A stretch of 64,000 nt of DNA, taken from assembly GCA_028716745.1 (NCBI GenBank), contig JAQUPE010000003.1:3779-67778 (forward strand), written 5' to 3'. The notes beneath the pieces were generated by a model, which saw nothing but the letters and a program-made list of their open reading frames with translations, was not told the origin of the DNA and did not search any database. This DNA is from Minisyncoccota bacterium (GTDB lineage: Bacteria; Patescibacteriota; Minisyncoccia; UBA6257; 02-FULL-45-10c). Numbering within the stretch: position 1 is the stretch's first letter; the number at the start of each line of letters is the position of its first letter. Below are positions 20,963-30,731 of the stretch, one piece after another. Position numbers and translations under genes: made by a program.

Positions 20963-22273
20963 ATGCTGAACTCATTTGTAAAATATGAAAAATATTGGAT
21001 TTCAGGGATAATTATCGCCGCTTTTATTGCGTCTTTGTGTTATTCGTTCGGATTTAGTCTTCAGCCGAGCGTTGATGCGCGCGCCTACGACAGTATTTCT
21101 TGGGATATAGCTCAAGGGAAAGGATACGATACGGATAGTTCGGTTGGGCGGCCGGGACCGGGATACGAATATTTTTTGGCGGCGATATTTTATATTTTCG
21201 GCCATTCTTATCCGGCGGTTTGGATTATTCAGGCCTTGCTTTTGGCGGCGACGGCTTATTTAGTTTTTTTGATAACACGCCTGGTATTTAAAGAATCTTG
21301 GCATCCGTTGATGGGACTGATTGCCGCTGCCTTGGTCGGCTTGTCTCCGGATTTGATTTCTATGTCCGCAATGCTGATGACGGAAATGCTGGTTGTGTTT
21401 TTATCAGTCGCATCAATTTATTGTTTTTTTAAGTATATTGACGCTAAAAATATAATTTGGATTCCCTTGGCTGCAATTTCTATGGCGGCGGCAATTTTAA
21501 CCAGATCCAATTTATTATTTTTGGTTTTGCCGATGATAATATATTTTATAATTTCTAAAGACTGGAAAAGAGGACTATTGTTTATTTTTATATTTTTAAT
21601 TTGTTTCATTCCCTGGACAGTCCGCAATTATGGAGTATACGGAGAATTCAAGCCCTTTAATTCTTCAATGGGTTTGATTTATGTCGGTAATCATTCCGGG
21701 GCGACCGGAGAATTGGTTTTGAATTATTCTTTTCCGGAAGGATACGGAGATTTTAGGAAAATGGATCAGATAGATTTTGACAATAATTTGGGGCGCGCCG
21801 GCATAGACTATATTATTCATAATCCGCTGCAATTTATTAAGCTTACGATTTGGAGGATTTCTACTTATTTCAGTTTTGCCAGGCCGTTCGCTTTTTGGCC
21901 GCATTTAGCTGGCTTGGCAAAAGCCATAACTATAGTTTTGTCTTCTATTTATTCAATTATTATTTTCGGACTGGGATTGGCCGGGGCGGTTTTATCGCTC
22001 AAGAGATTTGGGGAAAAGAAAAGTCCGGCTTTGCTTTTGGCGATGTTTTTAACAACCCTGTCGGTCGTAGTTTTGATTGTTGAAACGAGATACCGCTTGG
22101 TGAGTTATCCGATGCTGGCGGTTTTCGGCGGTTTTTCCGTTTACTGGCTTGCGTCTAAGCAGGAGGAATTGAAGAGGATTTTAATCAAAATTTGGCCTGT
22201 TTTAGCCCTATTGGCTGCCAACACGGCCTTTGATGTAATTAGGAATTGGGACCGGATTATTGAGCGTCTTTAG
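20963..22273 (+). CDS. ArnT/PMT-like GT-C membrane glycosyltransferase
   Basis: DARAYD loop, RPGPGY, LMTE, PWTVRNY, ETRYR. Confidence 0.78.
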   Translation: MLNSFVKYEKYWISGIIIAAFIASLCYSFGFSLQPSVDARAYDSISWDIAQGKGYDTDSSVGRPGPGYEYFLAAIFYIFGHSYPAVWIIQALLLAATAYLVFLITRLVFKESWHPLMGLIAAALVGLSPDLISMSAMLMTEMLVVFLSVASIYCFFKYIDAKNIIWIPLAAISMAAAILTRSNLLFLVLPMIIYFIISKDWKRGLLFIFIFLICFIPWTVRNYGVYGEFKPFNSSMGLIYVGNHSGATGELVLNYSFPEGYGDFRKMDQIDFDNNLGRAGIDYIIHNPLQFIKLTIWRISTYFSFARPFAFWPHLAGLAKAITIVLSSIYSIIIFGLGLAGAVLSLKRFGEKKSPALLLAMFLTTLSVVVLIVETRYRLVSYPMLAVFGGFSVYWLASKQEELKRILIKIWPVLALLAANTAFDVIRNWDRIIERL

Positions 22274-23009
22274 ATTTTTGAGCCGCAACGAAATATCCTT
22301 CGGATAAGTCGAAGTTGTTGAACAGGTTGCTTATCATGATAAAAGGATAAAGCGTTATTGGATTAAAGAATAATTTTACAAAAGAGGGCAGCTTTATTAT
22401 GACGCTGCTCTTTTTTGTTCTAGACTCATCGTTTCCGGAAATATGCGGATTGGTTATTTTGAAATAAAAATTTCTTATTACTTGAAGAACATTAAGCCAG
22501 GGGAATCCCGGGGAATATAATTGGATTACGGAAAACCCGGCTTGCTCCAAAAGTTCTTTTAATTCTTTCTTTTCATATCTTCTTTTGTGCCCGGCCACAA
22601 TATCGCCGTAGCCCCACATTTTTTGATGAGCCGGTATGGAAATAATCAGATAGCCGTTTTCTTTAAGCCAGCTATTCATTTTTTTAAGCGCTTTAAAATC
22701 TTCTTCAATATGTTCTAAAACTTCGAAAGAGACGATTGCGTCGGCATTTGGATTTTGAGGATAATCAAAAAAGTTTGTTTCGTGAAGCTGGATATTGGGC
22801 AAATTTTTTCTTACCTTAGTTTCTTTAAAAACATCCGCTGCTTCTCCTGAAAATTCAAAACATTCAACCCCATATCCTTTTTCGGCCATTTGAAAATCAA
22901 AATCTCCCTGGCCGCAGCCGATATCGACAATTTTGCTCTTTACGAGCAGATGTTTTTTAATAAATTTTTCGGCCAGATAATGTCTGAAAAGCGGCCTGAT
23001 GGCAATCAT
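22257..23009 (-). CDS. Class I SAM-dependent methyltransferase
   Basis: DIGCGQG, FEVLEHIEED, GHKRRY. Confidence 0.85.
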   Translation of the reverse strand: MIAIRPLFRHYLAEKFIKKHLLVKSKIVDIGCGQGDFDFQMAEKGYGVECFEFSGEAADVFKETKVRKNLPNIQLHETNFFDYPQNPNADAIVSFEVLEHIEEDFKALKKMNSWLKENGYLIISIPAHQKMWGYGDIVAGHKRRYEKKELKELLEQAGFSVIQLYSPGFPWLNVLQVIRNFYFKITNPHISGNDESRTKKSSVIIKLPSFVKLFFNPITLYPFIMISNLFNNFDLSEGYFVAAQKSKDAQ

Positions 23010-24070
23010 ATCTTTATTATGGTGTTTGAAATTATTTCGGCAAGCTGATTTTTCAAAGAATTGAAATTACATACCTTATTGAAAGCTTCATGCCCGTTTT
23101 CGGCTATTTTTTGGCGCAGCCCCGGATCATTTTTAAGCTTGAGAATTTTATCGGCTAAATCTTGGGGATCGCCGGCGCGGCAGAGAATAAGGCTTTCTCC
23201 GTCTTTAAATACTTCTCGTATAGCTTCGGAATCGCAGGTAATAAGAGGTTTTCCGCAAGCTACTGCTTCAAAAGCTTTGTTCGGTATGACGCGGAAAGTT
23301 TTATCCACGGTGCCGAATATTCCGAGCGCCAGATCTCCTTGGTTTATAAAGGCAGGCAATTCTTCTATTGGAATGAATTTGTCGTAAAAGACGATATTTT
23401 TGATTTTCAGTTCCTCGGCTAATTTTTTGACGGAATCCAGCGTCGGACCTTTTCCGAGAATGTTAAAAATTATGTCAGCTTGATTTTCAAGAATTTTTGC
23501 AGCCCTAATAATGGTATCCACGCCCTGGAGAGGAATAAATCCGCCATGGAATTCAATTATAAATTTATTATCATGCGGTTTTTGCAGGGGTTTAAAGAGC
23601 GTAGGATCGGCGCAAATATAAAATGATTTGAATTTTGCCGGAGGAAGATTGAATGTTTTGGCAAACCAGTCGGCGTGGGCTTGGGTATCGGTAATTATCG
23701 TGTCGGCCCAGGCACAGGATGTTTTATCCAGGAAGTAGGCGATTTTCCCGATTAAAGAATTGGGCTTGAATATTTTCCGGTCAAAGCAGATTGAGTCGTA
23801 GAGAGAAATAAAGACATCAAATATAATCGGTTTTCTTGAAAAAATTTTAGCTAATATTACCAGCGGGTGCCCCATGAAGCCTATATAAATTGCGTCAGCA
23901 TCTTTTTTAGAAAAAATAAATCTGAATCCGACATTTAGAAATCTTTTAATATAGCTGTTGGCGGAACAGGTTATTTCTTTTACTTCAAAATTTTGCCTCA
24001 ATAATTTAAGATTGTTGGAGTTTCTGGGATAATTGGGTTTTGCGCCGGCAATGAAGAGTATTTTTTTCAT
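23006..24070 (-). CDS. GT4-like glycosyltransferase
   Basis: GGFIPLQG, IPNKAFEAVACGKP. Confidence 0.82.
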   Translation of the reverse strand: MKKILFIAGAKPNYPRNSNNLKLLRQNFEVKEITCSANSYIKRFLNVGFRFIFSKKDADAIYIGFMGHPLVILAKIFSRKPIIFDVFISLYDSICFDRKIFKPNSLIGKIAYFLDKTSCAWADTIITDTQAHADWFAKTFNLPPAKFKSFYICADPTLFKPLQKPHDNKFIIEFHGGFIPLQGVDTIIRAAKILENQADIIFNILGKGPTLDSVKKLAEELKIKNIVFYDKFIPIEELPAFINQGDLALGIFGTVDKTFRVIPNKAFEAVACGKPLITCDSEAIREVFKDGESLILCRAGDPQDLADKILKLKNDPGLRQKIAENGHEAFNKVCNFNSLKNQLAEIISNTIIKI

Positions 24071-24127
24071 AACATTTATCGGTTAAAATAGGTTGTATAT
24101 TTATATTATTATATATTAAAACACACT

Positions 24128-25249
24128 ATGAATATGAATAGTCATAAGCTTTGCTATGTCCTGCCGGAATACAGCCCCGACAGCCATACTCATTTTGCCT
24201 ATATCGCCGATTTTCTAAAAGAGGCCGGAAAAGAAGCTGATATCTTTTTAATAATTGAAAGGGGCAGAAAGCCTGATTTCGGCTTTGGCTGCCGGAAAGT
24301 TTTTGTCGCCGGCGGGTTTGGCTTGTGGCGGATTTTTAAAACAAAATTATTGATTCTTTATGCCAGGATGTCCGGGCACAAAGATTTTTATATTCATTAT
24401 TCTTTTCTATCGGCTTTTATAGCTTCGTGCGCTGTCAGGATTTTTGGGGGCAGAGTTTTTTATTGGAACTGCGGTTTGCCCTGGAATTATAAAAGAAATT
24501 TTTTGCGCGAGGGATTTGAGCGGCTGACTTATAAAATGATTTCTTTTTTAGTGACAGGAACGGAAGGATTAAAAAATCAATACTCCGAACATTACGGATT
24601 AAAATTGGAAAAAATTAAAGTAATGCCGAATTGGATTGATTTGAATAATATTAAAGACCAGATATCGGCTGCCGGAAAGGAGGAGCTGAAAAATCAGTTA
24701 GGCATTAAATCCGGACAAAAAATTATTTTATTTATTCATAGGCTTTCAAAAAGAAAGGGAGCGCATTATTTGCCGGAAATTTTGGAAAAATTAAAAAACA
24801 AGAATGTATCTTTAATTATTGTTGGGGACGGACCGGAAAGAAAAGAATTGGAAATAAAAATTGAAAAATTGGGCCTAAAAGACAGGGCGAAATTTTTAGG
24901 CTGGCTTCCGCACGATGTAGTTGAAGATTATTTCGGAATAGCAGATGTTTTTATTATGCCGTCGGAAGAAGAGGGATTCCCGCACGTTCTGCTAGAGGCG
25001 ATGGCGGCGGGAACGCCGTTTGTGGCTTTTAGCGTCGGAGGAACGGAAGAAATAACGCCCACCGAGTTAAAAAATGATATTATTGCATCTTCGGGCGACA
25101 TCAATGGTTTTATTTTAAAAGCCGGAAATTTTTTGGATTTAGATTTAAATCAGGCAAAAAGAATAAAAACAATTGAACAGCAATGGGTAAAAAGATATAA
25201 CATTAAAGAAGTGGCGCAAATTTTTAAATCATTATTTTATGGCGGATAA
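24128..25249 (+). CDS. GT4 glycosyltransferase
   Basis: MPNWID, EEGFPHVLLEAMAAG. Confidence 0.85.
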   Translation: MNMNSHKLCYVLPEYSPDSHTHFAYIADFLKEAGKEADIFLIIERGRKPDFGFGCRKVFVAGGFGLWRIFKTKLLILYARMSGHKDFYIHYSFLSAFIASCAVRIFGGRVFYWNCGLPWNYKRNFLREGFERLTYKMISFLVTGTEGLKNQYSEHYGLKLEKIKVMPNWIDLNNIKDQISAAGKEELKNQLGIKSGQKIILFIHRLSKRKGAHYLPEILEKLKNKNVSLIIVGDGPERKELEIKIEKLGLKDRAKFLGWLPHDVVEDYFGIADVFIMPSEEEGFPHVLLEAMAAGTPFVAFSVGGTEEITPTELKNDIIASSGDINGFILKAGNFLDLDLNQAKRIKTIEQQWVKRYNIKEVAQIFKSLFYGG

Positions 25250-26369
25250 AGTAAAAATATTATTTGTAACAAATGATCTCGGGGTTGGCGGGGTCCAGCG
25301 GCTGGCGGTGGAGTTTGCCAACTTTTTGGATAAATCGAAATTCGACGTTTCGCTGGCTATTTTATTTTCCCGCAAAGATTCTTATTTTTATAAAGACTTA
25401 TTGGGGACGGATATTAAATTTTTTAATTTTGATTTTAATAATTATTGGGATTTGCCGGAATTTTTCAAATTTTATAAATTTCTTAGGAAAAATAAGTTTG
25501 ACATTGTTTTCACCCAATTATTTATGGCGGACTTTATTGGAAGAATAGCCGCGTTTTTTGCCGGAGTGCCGGTGATTGTGACGGAAATACAGAATCTTGT
25601 TGCCGGTCTTCCTCAAAGATATATTCTTACGGATAAATTGCTGGGAAAAATTACAGATCTTTGCATATCAACCACAAACGCAATTACGGAATATGCCATA
25701 AAGATAATCGGATTTCCGCCGGAAAAAGTGGCGGAGGTTCCGACTAATGCCGTAGACGCGAGAAGATTTGAAAAAAAAATAAATAAAGCGGATTTTAAAA
25801 AATCTTTGGGCGTTCCGCCTGATGCCAAAATGGTTATTACTATTGGAAGGATGGTGGGACAGAAGGGGCATACGATATTGCTTAAGGCTGCGCCGAAAAT
25901 TTTGGCTAAAAATCCGAATGTTTATTTTGTAATAGTGGGATCCGGAAGATTGGAAGGCGAGCTTAAAGCCGAAGCAGAAAGTTTGAAATTGGGCGAGAAA
26001 GTTAAATTCCCGGGCGCTCGCACGGACACGCCGGACCTTTTAATGGCATCGGACGTATTTGCTTTTCCATCTCTTTGGGAAGGCCAGGGACTTATTTTAT
26101 TTGAGGCGATGTTTGCCGGAACGCCGATAGTGGCTTCAAACGTCGGAGGAATACCGGATGTAATCAAGCATGAAGAGACGGGTCTTTTGGCCGAGCCGGG
26201 GAACCCCGACGATTTAGCCGAGAAAATTTTAAGGGCCTTGGACGACAAAAAAATCGTTGAAAAAATTACCAAAACCGCTTTTGAGAGATATAAGGACAGG
26301 ACTATGGAAAATTCCGCCAAGAAATTGGAGGATGCTTTTTTGAGAGTTTATAATTCCAAGAGAAACTAA
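25239..26369 (+). CDS. GT4 glycosyltransferase
   Basis: GVGGVQR, EGQGLILFEAMFAG. Confidence 0.88.
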   Translation: MADKVKILFVTNDLGVGGVQRLAVEFANFLDKSKFDVSLAILFSRKDSYFYKDLLGTDIKFFNFDFNNYWDLPEFFKFYKFLRKNKFDIVFTQLFMADFIGRIAAFFAGVPVIVTEIQNLVAGLPQRYILTDKLLGKITDLCISTTNAITEYAIKIIGFPPEKVAEVPTNAVDARRFEKKINKADFKKSLGVPPDAKMVITIGRMVGQKGHTILLKAAPKILAKNPNVYFVIVGSGRLEGELKAEAESLKLGEKVKFPGARTDTPDLLMASDVFAFPSLWEGQGLILFEAMFAGTPIVASNVGGIPDVIKHEETGLLAEPGNPDDLAEKILRALDDKKIVEKITKTAFERYKDRTMENSAKKLEDAFLRVYNSKRN

Positions 26370-26483
26370 ACGAATTGCTTTGTTGTTTTTATATAGACAG
26401 GCTTGAATGTTCGAGTTCAAGATGTTATTTTTCTAGCTTGTTCCTTAATAAAATAAGGAAGGCATTATAATAAAGGAGAAACT

Positions 26484-27209
26484 ATGCTGATAAAATATCT
26501 TGATTGGGATTCAAAATTCTTCGGATTGAATATAGGAAGCTGCCAGCCGGGAGTTTTTAGCGAAGAAAATCAAAAGATTTTTTGGGAAGAGTTTTCCAAA
26601 AAAGATTTTGATTGCGCTTATCTTTTTTTCTCTCACGAGGATAAGAAGGGAGCCGACTTGGCTTTTAAATTCGGCGGTCTTTATGTCGGCGAGCAGGTTG
26701 TTTATGAAATGCGCCGCGAAGACTGGAAAGGAGATTCTTCGGACGGGAAAAGCGCGGTTTTGGGAAAGATAAGCGAGGCAGAGGATATTCAGCTGTTAAG
26801 CTTGGCGAGAAAACTTTCCGAGACAAGCCGCTTTTTTATGGATCCGAAATTCAGAAGTTTTGCCGCAAAGATGTATGAGATATGGTTTGAAAAGCTGAAG
26901 AACGGAAAAGACAGCATAATAGTGGCAGCGTTCGATGAAGAAAAGAAAATAATAGGATTTATAGGATGCTCAATAACGGGAAATGTCGGGAAGATGGATC
27001 TGGTCGTGGTAAGCGAGAATTGCAGAGGCAAGGGAATCGGGAAGTCGATGATGCGGAAGGCGATGTCTTCGCTTTTTGCCAAAGGAGTGGAAAAAATAAT
27101 AATTGTCACTCAGGCGGAAAACGAAGCGGCCAACAAGCTTTATCAATGGGCCGATTTTAAGCTGAATTTATCGGAGAATAAAAAAATCTACCACCTTTGG
27201 AGGAAATAA
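26484..27209 (+). CDS. GNAT acetyltransferase, WecD/RffC-like (4-amino-sugar N-acetyltransferase)
   Basis: LDWDSKFFG N-terminus, SRFFMDP, RGKGIG, VTQAENEAANKLY; SD AAGGAG. Confidence 0.75.
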   Translation: MLIKYLDWDSKFFGLNIGSCQPGVFSEENQKIFWEEFSKKDFDCAYLFFSHEDKKGADLAFKFGGLYVGEQVVYEMRREDWKGDSSDGKSAVLGKISEAEDIQLLSLARKLSETSRFFMDPKFRSFAAKMYEIWFEKLKNGKDSIIVAAFDEEKKIIGFIGCSITGNVGKMDLVVVSENCRGKGIGKSMMRKAMSSLFAKGVEKIIIVTQAENEAANKLYQWADFKLNLSENKKIYHLWRK

Positions 27210-27210
27210 C

Positions 27211-28398
27211 ATGAACAAAAAGAAATTCATTGTTTTCGGAAAGCCGTCGCTGGATAAGGAGGAAATCCGGGCAATTACGGAAGTTTTGAAATCCGGCTGG
27301 ATCGGCATGGGGCCGAAATGCGAAGAGTTTGAAAAGCTCTTTGCAGAATACGTCGGCGCTAAATATGCCGTTTCTGTCAGTTCCTGCACCGCGGCTTTGC
27401 ATCTGGCGCTTTTAGCGGCCGGAGTTGAGCCGGGCGACGAGGTAATCACCACGCCGCTGACTTTTGTGGCGACTATCAACGCCATTGAGTATTGCGGAGC
27501 CAAGCCGGTTTTGGCGGATATCGATCCAAAATCTTTGAACATCAATCCGGAGTTCATCAGAAAAGCAATAACCAAAAAGACCAAAGCAATTCTGCCGGTT
27601 CATTTCGGAGGGTTGCCTTGCGACATGGATTCTATTAACGCCATAGCGCAAGAAAAAGGCCTGGCGGTAATTGAAGACGCGGCGCATGCGGTCGGAGCGG
27701 AATGGCGGGGAGTGAGAATAGGAGGACTAAAAAACTCCATCGCCTGTTTCAGTTTTTATCCGAACAAGAACATGACTTCCATCGAGGGAGGGATGGTAAC
27801 GACTGACAACGCTGAGATAGCGGAGAAGATCAAGATAATGCGCGTGCACGGAATGGACAATGAAGCTTGGAAAAGATACCAGGGCGGAAAGAAACTTATT
27901 CATTCCGAAATGGTGATGCCGGGCTTCAAGTACAATCTGACAGACGCGCAGGCGGCGATAGGAATTTGCCAGCTGAAGAAGCTGGATAAATTTCAGGACA
28001 AGAGGGAGGAGTACGCCGAGATCTACGACGATTATTTTTCCGATGTTTGCGATACGCAAGTCGGCCTTTCCATGGATACGGATTCGGCTGAGTTTCGGAT
28101 CCGCCATGCGCTTCACCTTTACCTGATTCTTCTGAAAACAGAAAAGATGCGCAAGGGGAGGGAAGAAATTCTGCAGGAGATCAGAGATGAAGGAATCGGC
28201 GCAACAATCCATTACCTTCCGGTTCATATGCACCGGTATTACCGCGAAAAATTCGGATTCAAGAAAGGAGACTTTCCTGTAGCCGAAGATGCTTATCAAA
28301 GGATGATTACATTGCCTTTGACGCCTTCAATGACATTGAAAGATGCCAAGAGGGTCGCGGAGACCGTGAAGTGCATCATCGTGACGAACATGAAGTAG
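27211..28398 (+). CDS. DegT/DnrJ/EryC1/StrS PLP aminotransferase
   Basis: SSCTAALH, EDAAHAVG, FSFYPNKNMTSIEGG. Confidence 0.92.
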   Translation: MNKKKFIVFGKPSLDKEEIRAITEVLKSGWIGMGPKCEEFEKLFAEYVGAKYAVSVSSCTAALHLALLAAGVEPGDEVITTPLTFVATINAIEYCGAKPVLADIDPKSLNINPEFIRKAITKKTKAILPVHFGGLPCDMDSINAIAQEKGLAVIEDAAHAVGAEWRGVRIGGLKNSIACFSFYPNKNMTSIEGGMVTTDNAEIAEKIKIMRVHGMDNEAWKRYQGGKKLIHSEMVMPGFKYNLTDAQAAIGICQLKKLDKFQDKREEYAEIYDDYFSDVCDTQVGLSMDTDSAEFRIRHALHLYLILLKTEKMRKGREEILQEIRDEGIGATIHYLPVHMHRYYREKFGFKKGDFPVAEDAYQRMITLPLTPSMTLKDAKRVAETVKCIIVTNMK

Positions 28399-28413
28399 CA
28401 GCAGCAATTTGCA

Positions 28414-28450
28414 GGCCACCAAACCCTAGTGGGAGAGGTGGCTTTTTATT
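28414..28450 (+). terminator. Intrinsic terminator
   Basis: GCCACC...GGTGGC stem followed by TTTTTATT. Confidence 0.65.
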
Positions 28451-28476
28451 TGCGGGAATAGTTATATATTACGCTT

Positions 28477-29652
28477 ATGGATTTAAAGACTAGTAAAATT
28501 AAAGTGGGCATAATGGCCGATGGCTTGGAAAGAAAAGCTATGGGATCAGCGATTTATTTGAGGAATATTATTGAACAGTATCTGGCTGATTTTGGCGATG
28601 AAATTGATTTATATCTGATTTATAAAGAAGGGCAGTGCCAGCACGAGCTTTGCGGGCGCGCCAAAAGCGTTTCGGTAAAAATCTTATCGTTGCCGAAATT
28701 TGCGGGATTTTTTTCTTATTTATGGCTTTTTGTTTCCACAAAAAATAAATTTGATATAATTCATTTTTCTCGTCCGGCACTTCACCCGTTTTTCTGGCTT
28801 TTAAAAGTTTTTGGAAAAACTAAAAAAATTGTTGTGACATTTCATGGCGCTCCGGATAACGCGAGTATTCCGATTTTCCAGACTTTTGCGACCCGTTTTA
28901 ATCGCTGGTTTATAATTTCCTTCGGCAGATTTTTTATAGACGCCGCTCTAGCCGATTCCGAGACGGCGATAAATCAAATTGCCTGGTATTATAAATTTCC
29001 GAAAAATAAAATACATTCTGTTTATTTGGGAATTGGAAAAGAATTTTTACTGGCTTCCGATAAGAATATTTTAAAGAAAAAATTATTGGAAAAATATAAA
29101 ATAAATTTTCCTTATATTTTAGGGATGGGGAGAATGGATCCTCATAAAAATACTCATCGTTTGCTTGAGGCATTTTTTAAATTAAAAAAAGAAGGCTTGC
29201 CGCATGAGCTGATTATAATTGGAGGAGAACATGAGCCGGAATATTCTAATTTGATCAAAGAAATTCTGAACGGTTCGGAATATAAGCAAGCCGTTAAGTT
29301 TATTGATTTTGCTGATGACGAAGACTTGCCGGCGTTTTATTCATTGGCTGATGTTTTTGCTTTTCCGTCTCTTTCGGAAGGATTTGGCTTGCCGGTTTTG
29401 GAGGCAATGGCTTGCGGAACGCCGGTCGTAACATCCAATGCTTCTTGTTTGCCGGAGATAGCAGGAGGAGCGGCTGTTTTAGCTGATCCATACCAAATAG
29501 GAGGAATAGCCGATGCAATCAGGCTTGCTATAAAGGACATAAATTTGAAAAGGGAGCTGGTTTTAAAAGGAATTAAAAGGAGCGGGGATTTTAGCTGGAA
29601 AAAAACGGCTGAAGGAAACTTTAGGCTTTACAAGAGTGTTCTAACTTTATAA
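28477..29652 (+). CDS. GT4 glycosyltransferase (mannosyltransferase-like)
   Basis: PHKN, EGFGLPVLEAMACGTP, FSWKKTA. Confidence 0.88.
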   Translation: MDLKTSKIKVGIMADGLERKAMGSAIYLRNIIEQYLADFGDEIDLYLIYKEGQCQHELCGRAKSVSVKILSLPKFAGFFSYLWLFVSTKNKFDIIHFSRPALHPFFWLLKVFGKTKKIVVTFHGAPDNASIPIFQTFATRFNRWFIISFGRFFIDAALADSETAINQIAWYYKFPKNKIHSVYLGIGKEFLLASDKNILKKKLLEKYKINFPYILGMGRMDPHKNTHRLLEAFFKLKKEGLPHELIIIGGEHEPEYSNLIKEILNGSEYKQAVKFIDFADDEDLPAFYSLADVFAFPSLSEGFGLPVLEAMACGTPVVTSNASCLPEIAGGAAVLADPYQIGGIADAIRLAIKDINLKRELVLKGIKRSGDFSWKKTAEGNFRLYKSVLTL

Positions 29653-29663
29653 GATAAAAACCT

Positions 29664-30731
29664 ATGATTAATCCAAGCACTAAATTAGCGGGAAAAACAG
29701 TTTTAATAACAGGCGGAGCCGGTTTTATTGGTTCGCATTTGTGCGATAAGATTTTGGGTTATGGCGGAAAAGTTATTTGTTTTGATGATCTTTCAACCGG
29801 AAGCAAAGCATATGTTGAATCCCAAAAAGACAATAAAAATTTTACTTTTATAAAAGGAGATGTAAATAAGCTCTCGGATATTCATGTTCCGTTTTTAAAA
29901 CACAGAATAGATTATGTTTTGCATTATGCGGCTTTGGTTGGAGTTCAAAGAACAATAGACGATCCGCTTAGCGTTTTAATTGATATCGACGGAATAAAAA
30001 ATATTTTAGATTTGAGCCATAAGCACGGCGTAAAGAAAATTGTTTATGCCTCTTCTTCGGAAGTTTACGGCAATCAGGAAAAACAGCCGCTTCATGAAGA
30101 TGAATCTTATCTTAATACGCGTATTCCTTACGCAGTTGTAAAAATGGTAGGGGAGCATTATTTGCAGACTTACTGGGAAACAGTAGGACTTCCCTATACC
30201 GCTTTAAGATTTTTCAATGTTTATGGGCCGCGCCAGGAATCTTCCCGTTACGGTTTTGTCGTCGGAGTTTTTATTTCTCAGATACTTCAGGGAAAGAAGC
30301 CGACAATTTTCCACGATGGTTCTCAGACTAGAGATTTTATGTATGTAGAAGACAATGTTGAAGCGGCTATTCAGGCATTGATAAATGAAAAAGCAAATGG
30401 ACACGCCATAAATCTTGGCCATAGCAGAGAAACAAGTATTTTGGAGTTAGCTAAAATGGTGGCAGGCATTGCCGGAAGAAAAGACTTGGAACCAGAATTA
30501 TTTCACGAGAGAGCTTTGGCGGAAATAAAAAGAAGAGTTGCCGATAATAGAAAGATGTTGGAAATTTTGGAATATATACCAAAGCATAATTTAGAAAGCG
30601 GTTTAAAATTAACTTTTGATTGGTACAAACAAAATCCTAAATTGACAATGAGCGATGAAAAACAAACCTTTAAAAAATATAGTGAACAAGTTTGGATCCC
30701 TAGAGATGCTAAGGAAACAGATGCTAAATAA
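29664..30731 (+). CDS. NAD-dependent nucleotide-sugar epimerase/dehydratase
   Basis: [30 protein letters not shown]. Confidence 0.9.
   Translation: MINPSTKLAGKTVLITGGAGFIGSHLCDKILGYGGKVICFDDLSTGSKAYVESQKDNKNFTFIKGDVNKLSDIHVPFLKHRIDYVLHYAALVGVQRTIDDPLSVLIDIDGIKNILDLSHKHGVKKIVYASSSEVYGNQEKQPLHEDESYLNTRIPYAVVKMVGEHYLQTYWETVGLPYTALRFFNVYGPRQESSRYGFVVGVFISQILQGKKPTIFHDGSQTRDFMYVEDNVEAAIQALINEKANGHAINLGHSRETSILELAKMVAGIAGRKDLEPELFHERALAEIKRRVADNRKMLEILEYIPKHNLESGLKLTFDWYKQNPKLTMSDEKQTFKKYSEQVWIPRDAKETDAK

Noticed and set aside
25771-25779. A/T homopolymer runs as phase-variation tracts
   Set aside because: Runs of 7-9 A/T are expected at this AT content; no frameshifted gene or long poly-G/C tract was seen in the glycan genes.
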